Source of the DNA: a virus
Virus record (IMG/VR): IMGVR_UViG_3300045988_010396
Coordinates: 1-64,000 of that record
Length of the DNA: 64,000 nucleotides
Direction: 5' to 3' (one strand)
The notes beneath the pieces were generated by a model, which was not told where the DNA came from, did no database searches, and saw only the letters and a list, made by a program, of their open reading frames with translations. Below are positions 32,283-40,111 of the stretch, piece after piece. Made by a program: the position numbers and the translations under genes. Numbering within the stretch: the first letter of the stretch is position 1; every line of letters begins with the position of its first letter.

Positions 32283-32665
32283 TGAAAATCAAATAATAAC
32301 ATCAACTTGAATGAGCCATTTTCCTCAATAACTCTAGGTATATATCTTGGATTGAGCTTACCATCTATTATAATGTTATTCTTTCTCAATTTACCCATTA
32401 TGACCTGGAAGTGAGGAAGAGTTATATTGCACTCTTCTCTAACTTTCCTCTTAGTATCTTCACTCATAACGAGTCTGTCAAGAATATCATTATCAGAGAC
32501 CACCTTACTTAGTTCATATCTCTGCTTGACAAAGGAAGTGGCTACTTCCATTTCCCTTTCAGTAAGATGGTGAAATGGCTGTAAGAACATAAACCACATC
32601 TTAAAGAAAGAGTAGTCAAGCTTACATGGTATTCTCACCACATTGTCCACTCCCTTCTTGACCAT
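32279..32665 (-). CDS. hypothetical protein
   Basis: 128-aa ORF. Confidence 0.4.
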   Translation of the reverse strand: MVKKGVDNVVRIPCKLDYSFFKMWFMFLQPFHHLTEREMEVATSFVKQRYELSKVVSDNDILDRLVMSEDTKRKVREECNITLPHFQVIMGKLRKNNIIIDGKLNPRYIPRVIEENGSFKLMLLFDFQ

Positions 32666-32667
32666 AG

Positions 32668-32973
32668 TTACTCTCCTTTATCAGTGTTTTCTTCTGCTTG
32701 TTCTGGAGTAGCCATCAGATTTTCTATCTCAATAGCACACTGTACCTTAAAATTATGAGACAAGTAAGCATTATCCTTATCAATAACAGCAAACAGATAA
32801 TCAAGTCTCTTATATAGGTTAGCCAGATTAGCTTCATTCAGTGCCATCCTTAACTGCTGGTTCTGTGTATTAAGCTGCTGAGCCTGTGCACTAAGCTGGT
32901 GACATACATTCTCCAACTCCTCATAACTAAGTTTATTCTTAGCTTCTCCCATTTCTCTAACTTCTTTTCCCAT
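32668..32973 (-). CDS. small coiled-coil protein
   Basis: 101 aa, Q/L-rich heptads. Confidence 0.35.
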   Translation of the reverse strand: MGKEVREMGEAKNKLSYEELENVCHQLSAQAQQLNTQNQQLRMALNEANLANLYKRLDYLFAVIDKDNAYLSHNFKVQCAIEIENLMATPEQAEENTDKGE

Positions 32974-32974
32974 A

Positions 32975-33187
32975 TTATTTATTTAAGAATTTATCTCCAT
33001 ATTTTGCAATATATAACTTCTCCCACTCCTCTATAGTATTTTCCTCAATATCAGTGTCTCCACAGTGGTCACAATAGTCCATACCATCAAGGGACATTAT
33101 TCTAAGAGATAAACAACTTTTACAGTATTTAACTGGGACAGAGTTATAATCAAGTGCCTTGGACTCATCTCTAAGTAAGTGTTCCAT
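32975..33187 (-). CDS. small zinc-ribbon protein
   Basis: CKSC...CDHC cysteine pairs. Confidence 0.35.
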   Translation of the reverse strand: MEHLLRDESKALDYNSVPVKYCKSCLSLRIMSLDGMDYCDHCGDTDIEENTIEEWEKLYIAKYGDKFLNK

Positions 33188-33363
33188 ATAACTATGATTT
33201 ATAATAAACTAAATATATCTGTCCACCAAGAGTAAACATATTTACTATAGCCTCTCTTGGTATACCAAGTTCATTTGCCTGGCTTATTATACCCCTAATT
33301 GTCTGACCTACTATACAAGTCATTACTTTATTCTTCTCACCCATGTTCTAACTATTTTATAGT

Positions 33364-33434
33364 TTCGGGAGTAGGACTCGAACCTACAACCTCCAGCTTA
33401 TGAGGCTGGTTAGCTACCATTGCTAGCATCCCGA
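33364..33434 (-). tRNA. tRNA-Met(CAT)
   Basis: Reverse complement shows T-arm gtagg-TTCGAGT-cctac and anticodon stem ccagc/gctgg with loop cTCATaa. Confidence 0.75.
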
Positions 33435-33612
33435 GATATTGCCAAGATTTGGTATGGTACTTGGCATTGTAAGGTTAACCTTATACTTACACCCCCAATC
33501 ACCTACACCTATTAAGCTGTTGTTTATACAGGTCAGCTCCTGTTGAGGTTTACCTAGTAGCATTGGGTGTTACTCTATCACTGTAGGTAAGACAGTTTTT
33601 AGTAACTTGTAG

Positions 33613-33686
33613 AGCCTCCCCTCAGAATCGAACTGAGACTCCCTGTTTACAAGGCAGGTTTGCTAAACCATTAACACTAAGGAGGC
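33613..33686 (-). tRNA. tRNA-Thr(TGT)
   Basis: Acceptor gcctcct/gggaggc, T-loop TTCGATT, anticodon loop cTTGTaa. Confidence 0.7.
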
Positions 33687-33690
33687 ATAG

Positions 33691-33772
33691 TACCCCTGAC
33701 AGGAGTTGAACCTGCAATCCCCAAGGGCGTTGGTGTTTAAGACCAATGTGTATTCCATTCCACCACAGGGGC
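33691..33772 (-). tRNA. tRNA-Leu(TAA)
   Basis: Type II with long variable arm, acceptor gcccctg/caggggt, anticodon loop cTTAAac. Confidence 0.7.
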
Positions 33773-33779
33773 ATTATAC

Positions 33780-34232
33780 TTAGTAAGGTCTCAAATCACA
33801 TAACTCAAAGAGGTACTTGTATTTCAGTATATTATGTATGAATGTCTCACACTCAGACCTAATTCCTGCATATAGAGTTCCTTCTGGAATATTCTCATAG
33901 AACTTAGTAGTTCCTGCTTTGACCTCATTGATGAAGTCAATAGCATTAAGAGCATCACTAGGAGCACCTTTAATCACATTAGGTTGCATATGTCCAAGCA
34001 ATCCCTGATATTCCTCTGCCAATCCATCCTGATAGTCTGAGATAATACCTAGGAACTCATCTAGGTAAACATGAATATTCTTCTTAGGAGCTGCCCAATG
34101 CAGATTCTTACACTTAGTCTTCCAACCCTCCAGAAGGTTAATGAAGCTAATGAAGAATTGACTAGGGTTCTCATCTTGAGAAGGCTTGAACATCTCATCC
34201 ATTAGCTGATTATCTAGAAAAACACTATCCAT
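33780..34232 (-). CDS. hypothetical protein
   Basis: 150-aa ORF embedded in the tRNA array. Confidence 0.45.
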   Translation of the reverse strand: MDSVFLDNQLMDEMFKPSQDENPSQFFISFINLLEGWKTKCKNLHWAAPKKNIHVYLDEFLGIISDYQDGLAEEYQGLLGHMQPNVIKGAPSDALNAIDFINEVKAGTTKFYENIPEGTLYAGIRSECETFIHNILKYKYLFELCDLRPY

Positions 34233-34309
34233 TTCTCTAATTCTTTATTTGATACTGCAAAGTTAAGCTAAATATTTAACCTATGCAAGTAAATTACATT
34301 ATTTAACTA

Positions 34310-34392
34310 AATTATCTGTACCCTCCAAGGGACTTGAACCCTTATGTACTTAGTACACTAGTTTCTAAGACTAGCCTGTATACCCATTCCAG
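34310..34392 (-). tRNA. tRNA-Leu(TAG)
   Basis: Type II, acceptor accctcc/ggagggt, T-arm aaggg-TTCAAGT-ccctt, loop cTTAGaa. Confidence 0.7.
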
Positions 34393-34411
34393 CAGGAGGG
34401 TGTAAGCTCTC

Positions 34412-34858
34412 TTATAGAGAGCTATATTCTTTTGTAGCATCAAAGCTAGGGCAAGCTTTTGAGCTAAAGTCTCTGTGCCCATGTATAGATGCTTGAGGGT
34501 ACTTAGTCTTTAACTCCTTAAGTAACTTAACTAATGACTGCTTCTGCTGAGCAGTCCTAGTATCTTTAGGTGTCTTGCCATCAGAAGCACATCCTCCTAT
34601 ATAGCATACTCCAATAGAGTTAGCATTATGGCCAGCACAGTGTGCACCTATAATAGACTCATCTCTACCTGTATGTATAGAACCATCTCTATATATTACA
34701 TAATGATAGCCTATATCAGAGAAGCCCCTTTGAAGGTGCCACTGTCTTATAGTATCTACACTATAGTCTTTACCTTCTGGTGTGGCACTACAATGTACTA
34801 TTATTTCATTTATTTTTCTTGCCATACATATATTATAAAACTTATCATGTTCCCCCAC
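34412..34858 (-). CDS. N-acetylmuramoyl-L-alanine amidase (T7 lysozyme/PGRP family) endolysin
   Basis: IVHCSAT...GYHYVI...HGHRDFSSKACP zinc-ligand pattern of the amidase_2 fold. Confidence 0.7.
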   Translation of the reverse strand: MGEHDKFYNICMARKINEIIVHCSATPEGKDYSVDTIRQWHLQRGFSDIGYHYVIYRDGSIHTGRDESIIGAHCAGHNANSIGVCYIGGCASDGKTPKDTRTAQQKQSLVKLLKELKTKYPQASIHGHRDFSSKACPSFDATKEYSSL

Positions 34859-34922
34859 TAGGAGTCGAACCTAGCTCTCAGGATTAAAAGTCCAGAGTAT
34901 CCACCATCAATGCTTTGGGGGA
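34850..34922 (-). tRNA. tRNA-Lys(TTT)
   Basis: Acceptor tccccca/tggggga, T-arm ctagg-TTCGACT-cctag, loop cTTTTaa; one U-U mismatch in the anticodon stem. Confidence 0.7.
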
Positions 34923-34994
34923 GTGAAGCAGGGTCTTTTTAAGAGGTTTCATCTTATTCCTAGGAAAGATTTTTACCCTGCACACCCTCTAGTG

Positions 34995-35068
34995 CGCCTC
35001 CACAAGGACTTGAACCTTGAGTCCCCTGCTTAAGGGGCAGGTGCTTTAACCAATTCAGCTATAGAGGC
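34995..35068 (-). tRNA. tRNA, anticodon tentatively CTT (Lys); C at position 33 is atypical
   Basis: Acceptor gcctcta/tggaggc, T-arm caagg-TTCAAGT-ccttg, anticodon stem cctgc/gcagg with loop ccCTTaa. Confidence 0.55.
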
Positions 35069-35074
35069 TTATAG

Positions 35075-35149
35075 ACTTGTAGGTGGGATTTGAACCCACG
35101 AATCACCAGTTTTGCAGACTGTGCCCTTAGACCACTCAGGTACTCCAAG
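35075..35149 (-). tRNA. tRNA-Cys(GCA)
   Basis: T-arm gtggg-TTCAAAT-cccac, loop cTGCAaa, discriminator U; one mismatch in the acceptor. Confidence 0.6.
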
Positions 35150-35153
35150 ATAG

Positions 35154-35230
35154 TACTGGCAGAGGGACTTGAACCCCCATGTGACCAATTACCCTTTCTA
35201 GACTGTATAAGAGTCAGGGGATATGCCAGT
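35154..35230 (-). tRNA. tRNA-like element with aberrant core (no canonical D-arm); possible anticodon TAT
   Basis: Perfect 7-bp acceptor actggca/tgccagt plus T-arm ggggg-TTCAAGT-ccctc. The only internal arm found is tgact-cTTATAc-agtct, which leaves no room for a D-arm. Confidence 0.4.
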
Positions 35231-35237
35231 ATGTTGG

Positions 35238-35311
35238 GGTGTCTGATGGGAGTTGAACCCACACTACTTGGAGCCACAATCCAAGGCTCTGACCAATTAA
35301 GCTACAGACAC
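35238..35311 (-). tRNA. tRNA-His(GTG)
   Basis: Acceptor gtgtctg/cagacac, anticodon stem ttgga/tccaa with loop tTGTGgc, T-loop TTCAACT. Confidence 0.7.
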
Positions 35312-35313
35312 AG

Positions 35314-35385
35314 TTCTGATGAGTGGACTCGAACCACTAGCTACTGCCTTATGAGAGCAGCTTTCTACCATTGAAATACATCAGA
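35314..35385 (-). tRNA. tRNA-Met/fMet/Ile2(CAT), second CAT gene
   Basis: Acceptor tctgatg/catcaga, T-arm agtgg-TTCGAGT-ccact, loop cTCATaa. Confidence 0.7.
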
Positions 35386-35390
35386 ATATG

Positions 35391-35464
35391 TAGGTACAAT
35401 AGGACTTGAACCTATAACCTCTTGAATATCAGTCAAGTACTCTAACCAATTGAGTTATGTACCT
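35391..35464 (-). tRNA. tRNA-Ile(GAT)
   Basis: Acceptor aggtaca/tgtacct, anticodon stem cttga/tcaag with loop cTGATat. Confidence 0.7.
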
Positions 35465-35469
35465 ATATG

Positions 35470-35542
35470 TGGGAAAGATAAGAATCGAACTTATATCCAA
35501 GGATTTTCAGTCCTCTGCATAGACCATCTTTGCTACTTTCCC
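35470..35542 (-). tRNA. tRNA-Phe(GAA)
   Basis: Acceptor gggaaag/ctttccc, loop cTGAAaa, T-loop TTCGATT. Confidence 0.7.
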
Positions 35543-35547
35543 ATTGC

Positions 35548-35618
35548 AGATAGAGTAAGACTCGAACTTACATCTAAGGGTTAACAGCCCCTTGTTCTAA
35601 CCTTTGAACTAAAGACCC
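35548..35618 (-). tRNA. tRNA-Asn(GTT)-like, possibly a pseudo-tRNA
   Basis: Good D-arm, anticodon arm agggg-cTGTTaa-ccctt and T-arm gtaag-TTCGAGT-cttac, but acceptor strands gggtctt/tctatct pair poorly. Confidence 0.4.
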
Positions 35619-35626
35619 ATTATTTG

Positions 35627-35700
35627 TTGCTCCTACAAGACTCGAACTTGTGACCTTTGGTATGTAAAACCACTGTTCTTAACCACTGAACTAAGGAGCA
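35627..35700 (-). tRNA. tRNA-Val(TAC)
   Basis: Acceptor tgctcct/aggagca, loop tTTACat, T-arm acaag-TTCGAGT-cttgt. Confidence 0.7.
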
Positions 35701-35783
35701 TTGATAGGGTAGTTTCTTTAACCTCTAACTACCAAAAGAGGGTTCTAGCAAAAGCTCAACATTATGAAACACGGAAACTAATG

Positions 35784-35856
35784 TGGAGAATGAGAGACTC
35801 GAACCCTCTAATATAGCTTGCAAAGCTATCAGTTTAGCCAGTTAGCTTAATTCCCC
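35784..35856 (-). tRNA. tRNA-Ala(TGC)
   Basis: Acceptor ggggaat/attctcc (one G-U), anticodon stem atagc/gctat with loop tTTGCaa. Confidence 0.65.
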
Positions 35857-35861
35857 ATTAG

Positions 35862-35934
35862 TATGGGTACTTGGACTCGAACCAAGGACAACTACATCCC
35901 AAATGTAGCATTCTACCTACTGAATTACACCCAT
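35862..35934 (-). tRNA. tRNA-Pro(TGG)
   Basis: T-arm cttgg-TTCGAGT-ccaag, anticodon stem ctaca/tgtag with loop tTTGGga. Confidence 0.7.
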
Positions 35935-35940
35935 ATATTG

Positions 35941-36023
35941 CGGAGAGATGAGGTCCCGACCCCCAAGCATTACTGCCCCCATTGTTTTCAAGACAAGTCC
36001 CAGTCCCACTGAGTTATCTCTCC
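35941..36023 (-). tRNA. tRNA-Ser(TGA)-like, type II
   Basis: Acceptor ggagaga/tctctcc, long variable arm, anticodon loop cTTGAaa; T-loop non-canonical (gtcggga). Confidence 0.5.
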
Positions 36024-36075
36024 ATTTGCCTACCTACCACTGTAGGATAGGACTTTGGTTTTGTTATAAGTGTGC

Positions 36076-36147
36076 AGACTATGAGGGAATTGAACCCTAA
36101 CCTTCACATTGACAGTGTGATATGCAAACCACTACACTACATAGTCT
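36076..36147 (-). tRNA. tRNA-Asp(GTC)
   Basis: Anticodon stem tcaca/tgtga with loop cTGTCaa, T-loop TTCAATT. Confidence 0.6.
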
Positions 36148-36158
36148 ATATAATTTAG

Positions 36159-36230
36159 TACCCCCTGATAGAATCGAACTATCATTCTAAGTTTAGAAGA
36201 CTCATGTATTATCCATTATACTAAGAGGGC
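36159..36230 (-). tRNA. tRNA-Arg(TCT)
   Basis: D-stem gtat/atac, loop cTTCTaa, T-arm gatag-TTCGATT-ctatc. Confidence 0.65.
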
Positions 36231-36238
36231 ATCTCTAG

Positions 36239-36310
36239 TTGGGACTAGAGGTCTCGAACCTCTGCTATAAGAGCCAAAATCTCATGTGACTGCCACTACA
36301 CCAAGTCCCA
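36239..36310 (-). tRNA. tRNA-Gln(TTG)
   Basis: Acceptor tgggact/agtccca, loop tTTTGgc, T-arm agagg-TTCGAGA-cctct. Confidence 0.65.
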
Positions 36311-37062
36311 CTCTGAATTACTCTGCAAAGGTAAGCAAATTTTTTGAATCTACCAAATTTTACTGTAAGAAATTTAATTATTAGAGTCCAGAAAGGTATT
36401 AAGATTACTCTTTTCTATATAATACCTTGTTACCTCTTTGTATTTTAATTAATAATGTGTTCTCAGTATCTACCTCATTAAATCCACCATCAAATATAGG
36501 GTCATAAGCCCAAGATACCATTACTCCATTAAAATACCTATATGTAAGAATATCGCCTCTCTGCAAAGTTATTTTCATAGCCCCATTAATTTATTAGCCC
36601 AACTTTCTGTATAGAAATGATAGTACCCTTCCTTATGATTGTCACAACAATGGATATAACCATTTAACCAAGCATAAAGTATTGAAGGAATACCTAAATT
36701 ATTAGGTATAATATATCCCTAGCCTGTGTTGCCAAGCTTGTTTCATATTAGTTCTGCACTTCGTTGGACCCGTTCTTGGTTATACCCCTAAAGCATATTT
36801 ACCTGTACCTTTTCTCAGTAGTATTGGTTATGCTAATCCAACTTATAACAAAACACTTTGTACCAGTATCGGGGACACCTCATTCCTATATATTGGAACT
36901 ACTACCCAACTTCTGCTCCATTACTTGATTACCTCATGGAGGATAGAGACATACTACCTATCTCTCTGGCAGGTGCAAAGGTAAGTATAAAATCTGATAT
37001 AACCAAATATTTTAAGAAAGTTTAACTATACACTATGGTCTAGGTTAAAAAATTTTAATTTT

Positions 37063-37076
37063 TTTTTTTTTTTTAA
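37063..37076. repeat. T14 homopolymer tract inside the strand-switch region
   Basis: 14 consecutive T at 37063..37076, followed about 30 nt later by ggTATAATat. Confidence 0.9.
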
Positions 37077-37210
37077 TTTTTGTGGTACTTTATTGGTATG
37101 AGGGGGGTATAATATACTCACACCTCCCCTGCCTCTGGCTTGTTGGGGCTTGTCCCCGTGGGTTGAAATGATACATACTAACACTAGCCAAGATATTGTT
37201 AACTTATATT

Positions 37211-37360
37211 TATAACAAAAATGAGAGAAGAATTAGACATGCTCTTTCTGTTGGAGCATTTCAGTCTTGAAGATTTAGTAAAGGCTGAAGAAGAGTGTAT
37301 TGCTGCTATTAAAGCTTATCTCAAAAATGTGAAACATCACATGGATTATATAGCTATGCA
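37211..37360 (+). CDS. small ORF (49 aa), first candidate gene of the plus-strand block
   Basis: ATG..TAA hand-translated as MREELDMLFLLEHFSLEDLVKAEEECIAAIKAYLKNVKHHMDYIAMHL; below the track threshold. Confidence 0.25.
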
Positions 37361-37387
37361 TCTATAATAAGATAAATAAAAGATTAG

Positions 37388-37410
37388 GGTGAGGGGGACT
37401 AACTCTCACC
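37388..37410 (+). promoter_or_regulatory. hairpin element copy 1 (stem ggtgag/ctcacc, loop containing gACTAACT) about 28 nt upstream of a small-gene ATG
   Basis: One of three hairpins with a conserved CACTAACT-type loop and different, compensating stems. Confidence 0.4.
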
Positions 37411-37620
37411 TTGCCTTTGATAACATTCCTATATGATATGAAGAAGAACATTCTCATTGCGGTATTGGCACTAGTGGTGCTAGTACTTACAGGTGTTACT
37501 CTCTACCAAAGTGAGAGACTGAGTGCTGCCAAGGCTTATATCAATGACCTTGAGGCAGACTATCCTGACTACATTGATACCACTTCTGGAGGTGATGCAT
37601 ACTCAGAGTGGTATAACTAA
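37411..37620 (+). CDS. small membrane protein A (real start probably ATG at 37438)
   Basis: N-terminal TM helix plus conserved ..AKAYINDLE.D.P.YIDTTSGGDAYS.WY; paralog of 39276..39467. Confidence 0.45.
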   Translation: MPLITFLYDMKKNILIAVLALVVLVLTGVTLYQSERLSAAKAYINDLEADYPDYIDTTSGGDAYSEWYN

Positions 37621-37687
37621 CTCCTTCCTTACTTTTGACATTATTAACTTTGAACCTTATGGTGCTTAGGTCAACCATTATTCAGTT

Positions 37688-37969
37688 ATGAATCTGTTTT
37701 CTAATCTTAGGGTGTATGGTGGTAAGTGGTCTGAGAAGTCATCCAGACACTTCACTCAGGAAGAGCGGGCTCTTGTAGAGAAGGCTCAGGTAGTTGAGAG
37801 TCAGTATGGCTCATCATGCTGCTTCTTTATGAAGAACGGCACTACCATGTATGTTCCTATGTCTCAGGATGCTAAGTCTGAGGTAGGTGACATGGTAGAC
37901 CTGTCTTCTGCTGAGATTGTCACTCTGGAGAAGCAGGGTGAGCATGACATTCAGCGCATCAGAGGATAA
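37688..37969 (+). CDS. hypothetical protein B (93 aa)
   Basis: About 75% identical over its full length to 38347..38628 (MNLFS.LRVYGGKW.EK.SR.FTQEE.ALV.KAQVV.SQYG.SCCFFM.NGTTMYVPMS.DAKS.VGD...L..AEIVTLEKQGE.DIQRIRG). Confidence 0.5.
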   Translation: MNLFSNLRVYGGKWSEKSSRHFTQEERALVEKAQVVESQYGSSCCFFMKNGTTMYVPMSQDAKSEVGDMVDLSSAEIVTLEKQGEHDIQRIRG

Positions 37970-38125
37970 TAGTCCTCATAGTCATCAGACCTCATAGGAG
38001 AGTGGGAGTAATCCTGCTCTCCTTTATTTTTGAATGAATAATAAACAACAACATATGATTAACAAGCTATTATATCATCCAGACAGTGACTAACTAGGAA
38101 ACAACAACATATGATTATATAGCAG

Positions 38126-38141
38126 AGGCACTAACTCCTCC
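38126..38141 (+). promoter_or_regulatory. hairpin element copy 2 (stem gagg/cctc, loop CACTAACT)
   Basis: Conserved loop with a different stem than copy 1; preceded by an 18-nt direct repeat aacaacaacatatgatta (38044..38061 and 38101..38118). Confidence 0.4.
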
Positions 38142-38236
38142 CTTGATACTGGCTATACTATTTATTAGCTGACAGTAGAAGTAATAGTAGTAACTAACAA
38201 CAGCAAGATATGATATATTCAAGTATATCTTTAGAG

Positions 38237-38260
38237 CAAGGTCACTAACTCCCCCCTTGC
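38237..38260 (+). promoter_or_regulatory. hairpin element copy 3 (stem gcaagg/ccttgc, loop tCACTAACTccc)
   Basis: Third copy, about 90 nt upstream of the B' gene. Confidence 0.4.
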
Positions 38261-38346
38261 CCTTGCCTTGCATAGCTAATGCTAATAGTAGTAGCTGTGC
38301 ATGTGCACAAATAACATTTATCACATAACATTTAACATTTAGCACT

Positions 38347-38628
38347 ATGAACTTGTTTTCTAGTCTGAGAGTGTATGGAGGCAAATGGGCTGAAAAGGCT
38401 TCCAGAAAGTTCACACAAGAAGAGCTGGCTCTTGTAACTAAGGCCCAGGTGGTGGATTCCCAGTATGGTAACTCTTGCTGTTTCTTCATGGCAAATGGTA
38501 CAACTATGTATGTACCAATGAGCACTGATGCAAAGAGTGGGGTGGGTGACATCATCAACCTCAATGAGGCAGAGATAGTTACCTTAGAGAAGCAGGGTGA
38601 AAATGACATCCAGAGAATCCGAGGATAA
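38347..38628 (+). CDS. hypothetical protein B' (93 aa), tandem paralog of B
   Basis: See 37688..37969. Confidence 0.5.
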   Translation: MNLFSSLRVYGGKWAEKASRKFTQEELALVTKAQVVDSQYGNSCCFFMANGTTMYVPMSTDAKSGVGDIINLNEAEIVTLEKQGENDIQRIRG

Positions 38629-38896
38629 TCTGTAGTAAAGAGTGTGTACCACACATAGTGGTGCATAACTCTTTTTACTGTCTTTGCAGCAACAACAAAG
38701 TGGAGTGACTTATATAGTTACTCTACTTTGCTTGTCATTTTTCAAGTCAGTTATTCATTAAAAAGAGTTAAAAATGACACTAGGAGAATGGGTAGGAGTA
38801 ATCCTATGTATTGCACTTGTAATAGGTGCAATATGGGATATATGTACAGGATATAGCTCCAAAAATTAACACACAATACACACAAAATTTAAGAAA

Positions 38897-39283
38897 ATGA
38901 AAAAATATGCTGTACAAAGAATTGATAATGGTCAAGTAATTGATTATGTTGATTCGCCAGAACAAGCTTCATACTGGCTACAAATGAGTAATCCAAAGTT
39001 TGAATTGGTAGCTACTAATACCTCTAGTATCATAGTTACTTATACAGAACTTGAAGGACCTAACGGATATGGACACCAAGAAGAATCTTTTGCTACTTAC
39101 GGAGGAATTGTAAGATGTATCATTAATCTATATAAATGGGCAAACCAAGAAGCTTCTGTGTGGGGGCCTAATCCAATGGATATTAAAGGCTACCTTAAAA
39201 AATGCAATGTTATAGTAAATGGGCGAGACAAGACTGAGTGGTTTTTAGCTCAAGTAGATAAATTAAAGATAATGTATGTGTAA
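38897..39283 (+). CDS. hypothetical protein
   Basis: 128-aa ORF; its stop overlaps the start of A'. Confidence 0.4.
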   Translation: MKKYAVQRIDNGQVIDYVDSPEQASYWLQMSNPKFELVATNTSSIIVTYTELEGPNGYGHQEESFATYGGIVRCIINLYKWANQEASVWGPNPMDIKGYLKKCNVIVNGRDKTEWFLAQVDKLKIMYV

Positions 39284-39467
39284 GAATATAACCATTGTAG
39301 TACTCCTACTAATAGTAGGAGTACTTATAGGTATTTGTATCTACCAAAATGATACTATCAGTAGAGCTAAGGCATATATCAATGACTTGGAGAATGACTT
39401 CCCTGAGTATATTGATACTACCTCAGGTGGTGATGCTTATAGTGACTGGTATGAAAGAGTGAACTAA
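39276..39467 (+). CDS. small membrane protein A' (paralog of 37411..37620)
   Basis: TM helix plus ISRAKAYINDLENDFPEYIDTTSGGDAYSDWY. Confidence 0.45.
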   Translation: MCKNITIVVLLLIVGVLIGICIYQNDTISRAKAYINDLENDFPEYIDTTSGGDAYSDWYERVN

Positions 39468-39874
39468 AGCACTAATATTAAGAGTAATATACCTCAAGAT
39501 AGATAGGGACAAATAGGACTCACCTAAACGAAAATCCGCTGTTGAGTGAAAGATTGATGTGAAGGTCAGACAAGTAAACTCATGGAGTTGAAAGCAGCAC
39601 CGAGGGACTGGGAATCGAGTAGACAAGACACAGTGCATTAGTAGAAAGGGGACTTGACAGTAAAGGTACTAAAACCTGGTAAGTGTAACGAGTTGAGGTT
39701 TCTATTAGGAGATGATACCAATGGGTGTTGAATAGCATATATTTAGTATCCCTAATAATATTATAATGTATCTATTAAACTCCGTATATCTTAAAAAGTA
39801 CTGGAGGTTACTGACTTTAATAATAACAGTGCTTAAGGGGATTAGCATATATTGGTTAATGCAATAGTTATTCT

Positions 39875-40111
39875 ATGCAAATAGGCTCAAATCCTATATC
39901 ACCTACTAATAAAATAACCACAAAATATACAACAATGAAAAGAAAGAGATTAAAAGGGGCATTTGTATGTTCCGTGACAGATTCTAGGCTCACTATAAGA
40001 GTCTGTAAAACTAAGAGGTACTTCATCATGTTCTGGGGTGAGCTTTATGAGATTAAATTCTCTGAAGTCAAGATGTATGAGGCACACAACATTAAGGTAA
40101 TAGTGAGATGA
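39875..40111 (+). CDS. hypothetical protein
   Basis: 78-aa ORF. Confidence 0.3.
   Translation: MQIGSNPISPTNKITTKYTTMKRKRLKGAFVCSVTDSRLTIRVCKTKRYFIMFWGELYEIKFSEVKMYEAHNIKVIVR

Noticed and set aside
35700-35780. Possible additional tRNA between tRNA-Val and tRNA-Ala
   Set aside because: Only a 7-bp hairpin (ggtagtt...aactacc) is present; no T-loop or acceptor pairing, so it was not called.
38040-38270. CRISPR array
   Set aside because: Only 2-3 irregularly spaced short repeats with dissimilar flanks; no regular repeat-spacer periodicity anywhere in the window.
39423-39638. Minus-strand 71-aa ORF in the GC-richer intergenic region
   Set aside because: Cys/Phe-rich implausible translation, no neighbouring minus-strand genes; the region is more likely non-coding RNA or regulatory DNA.
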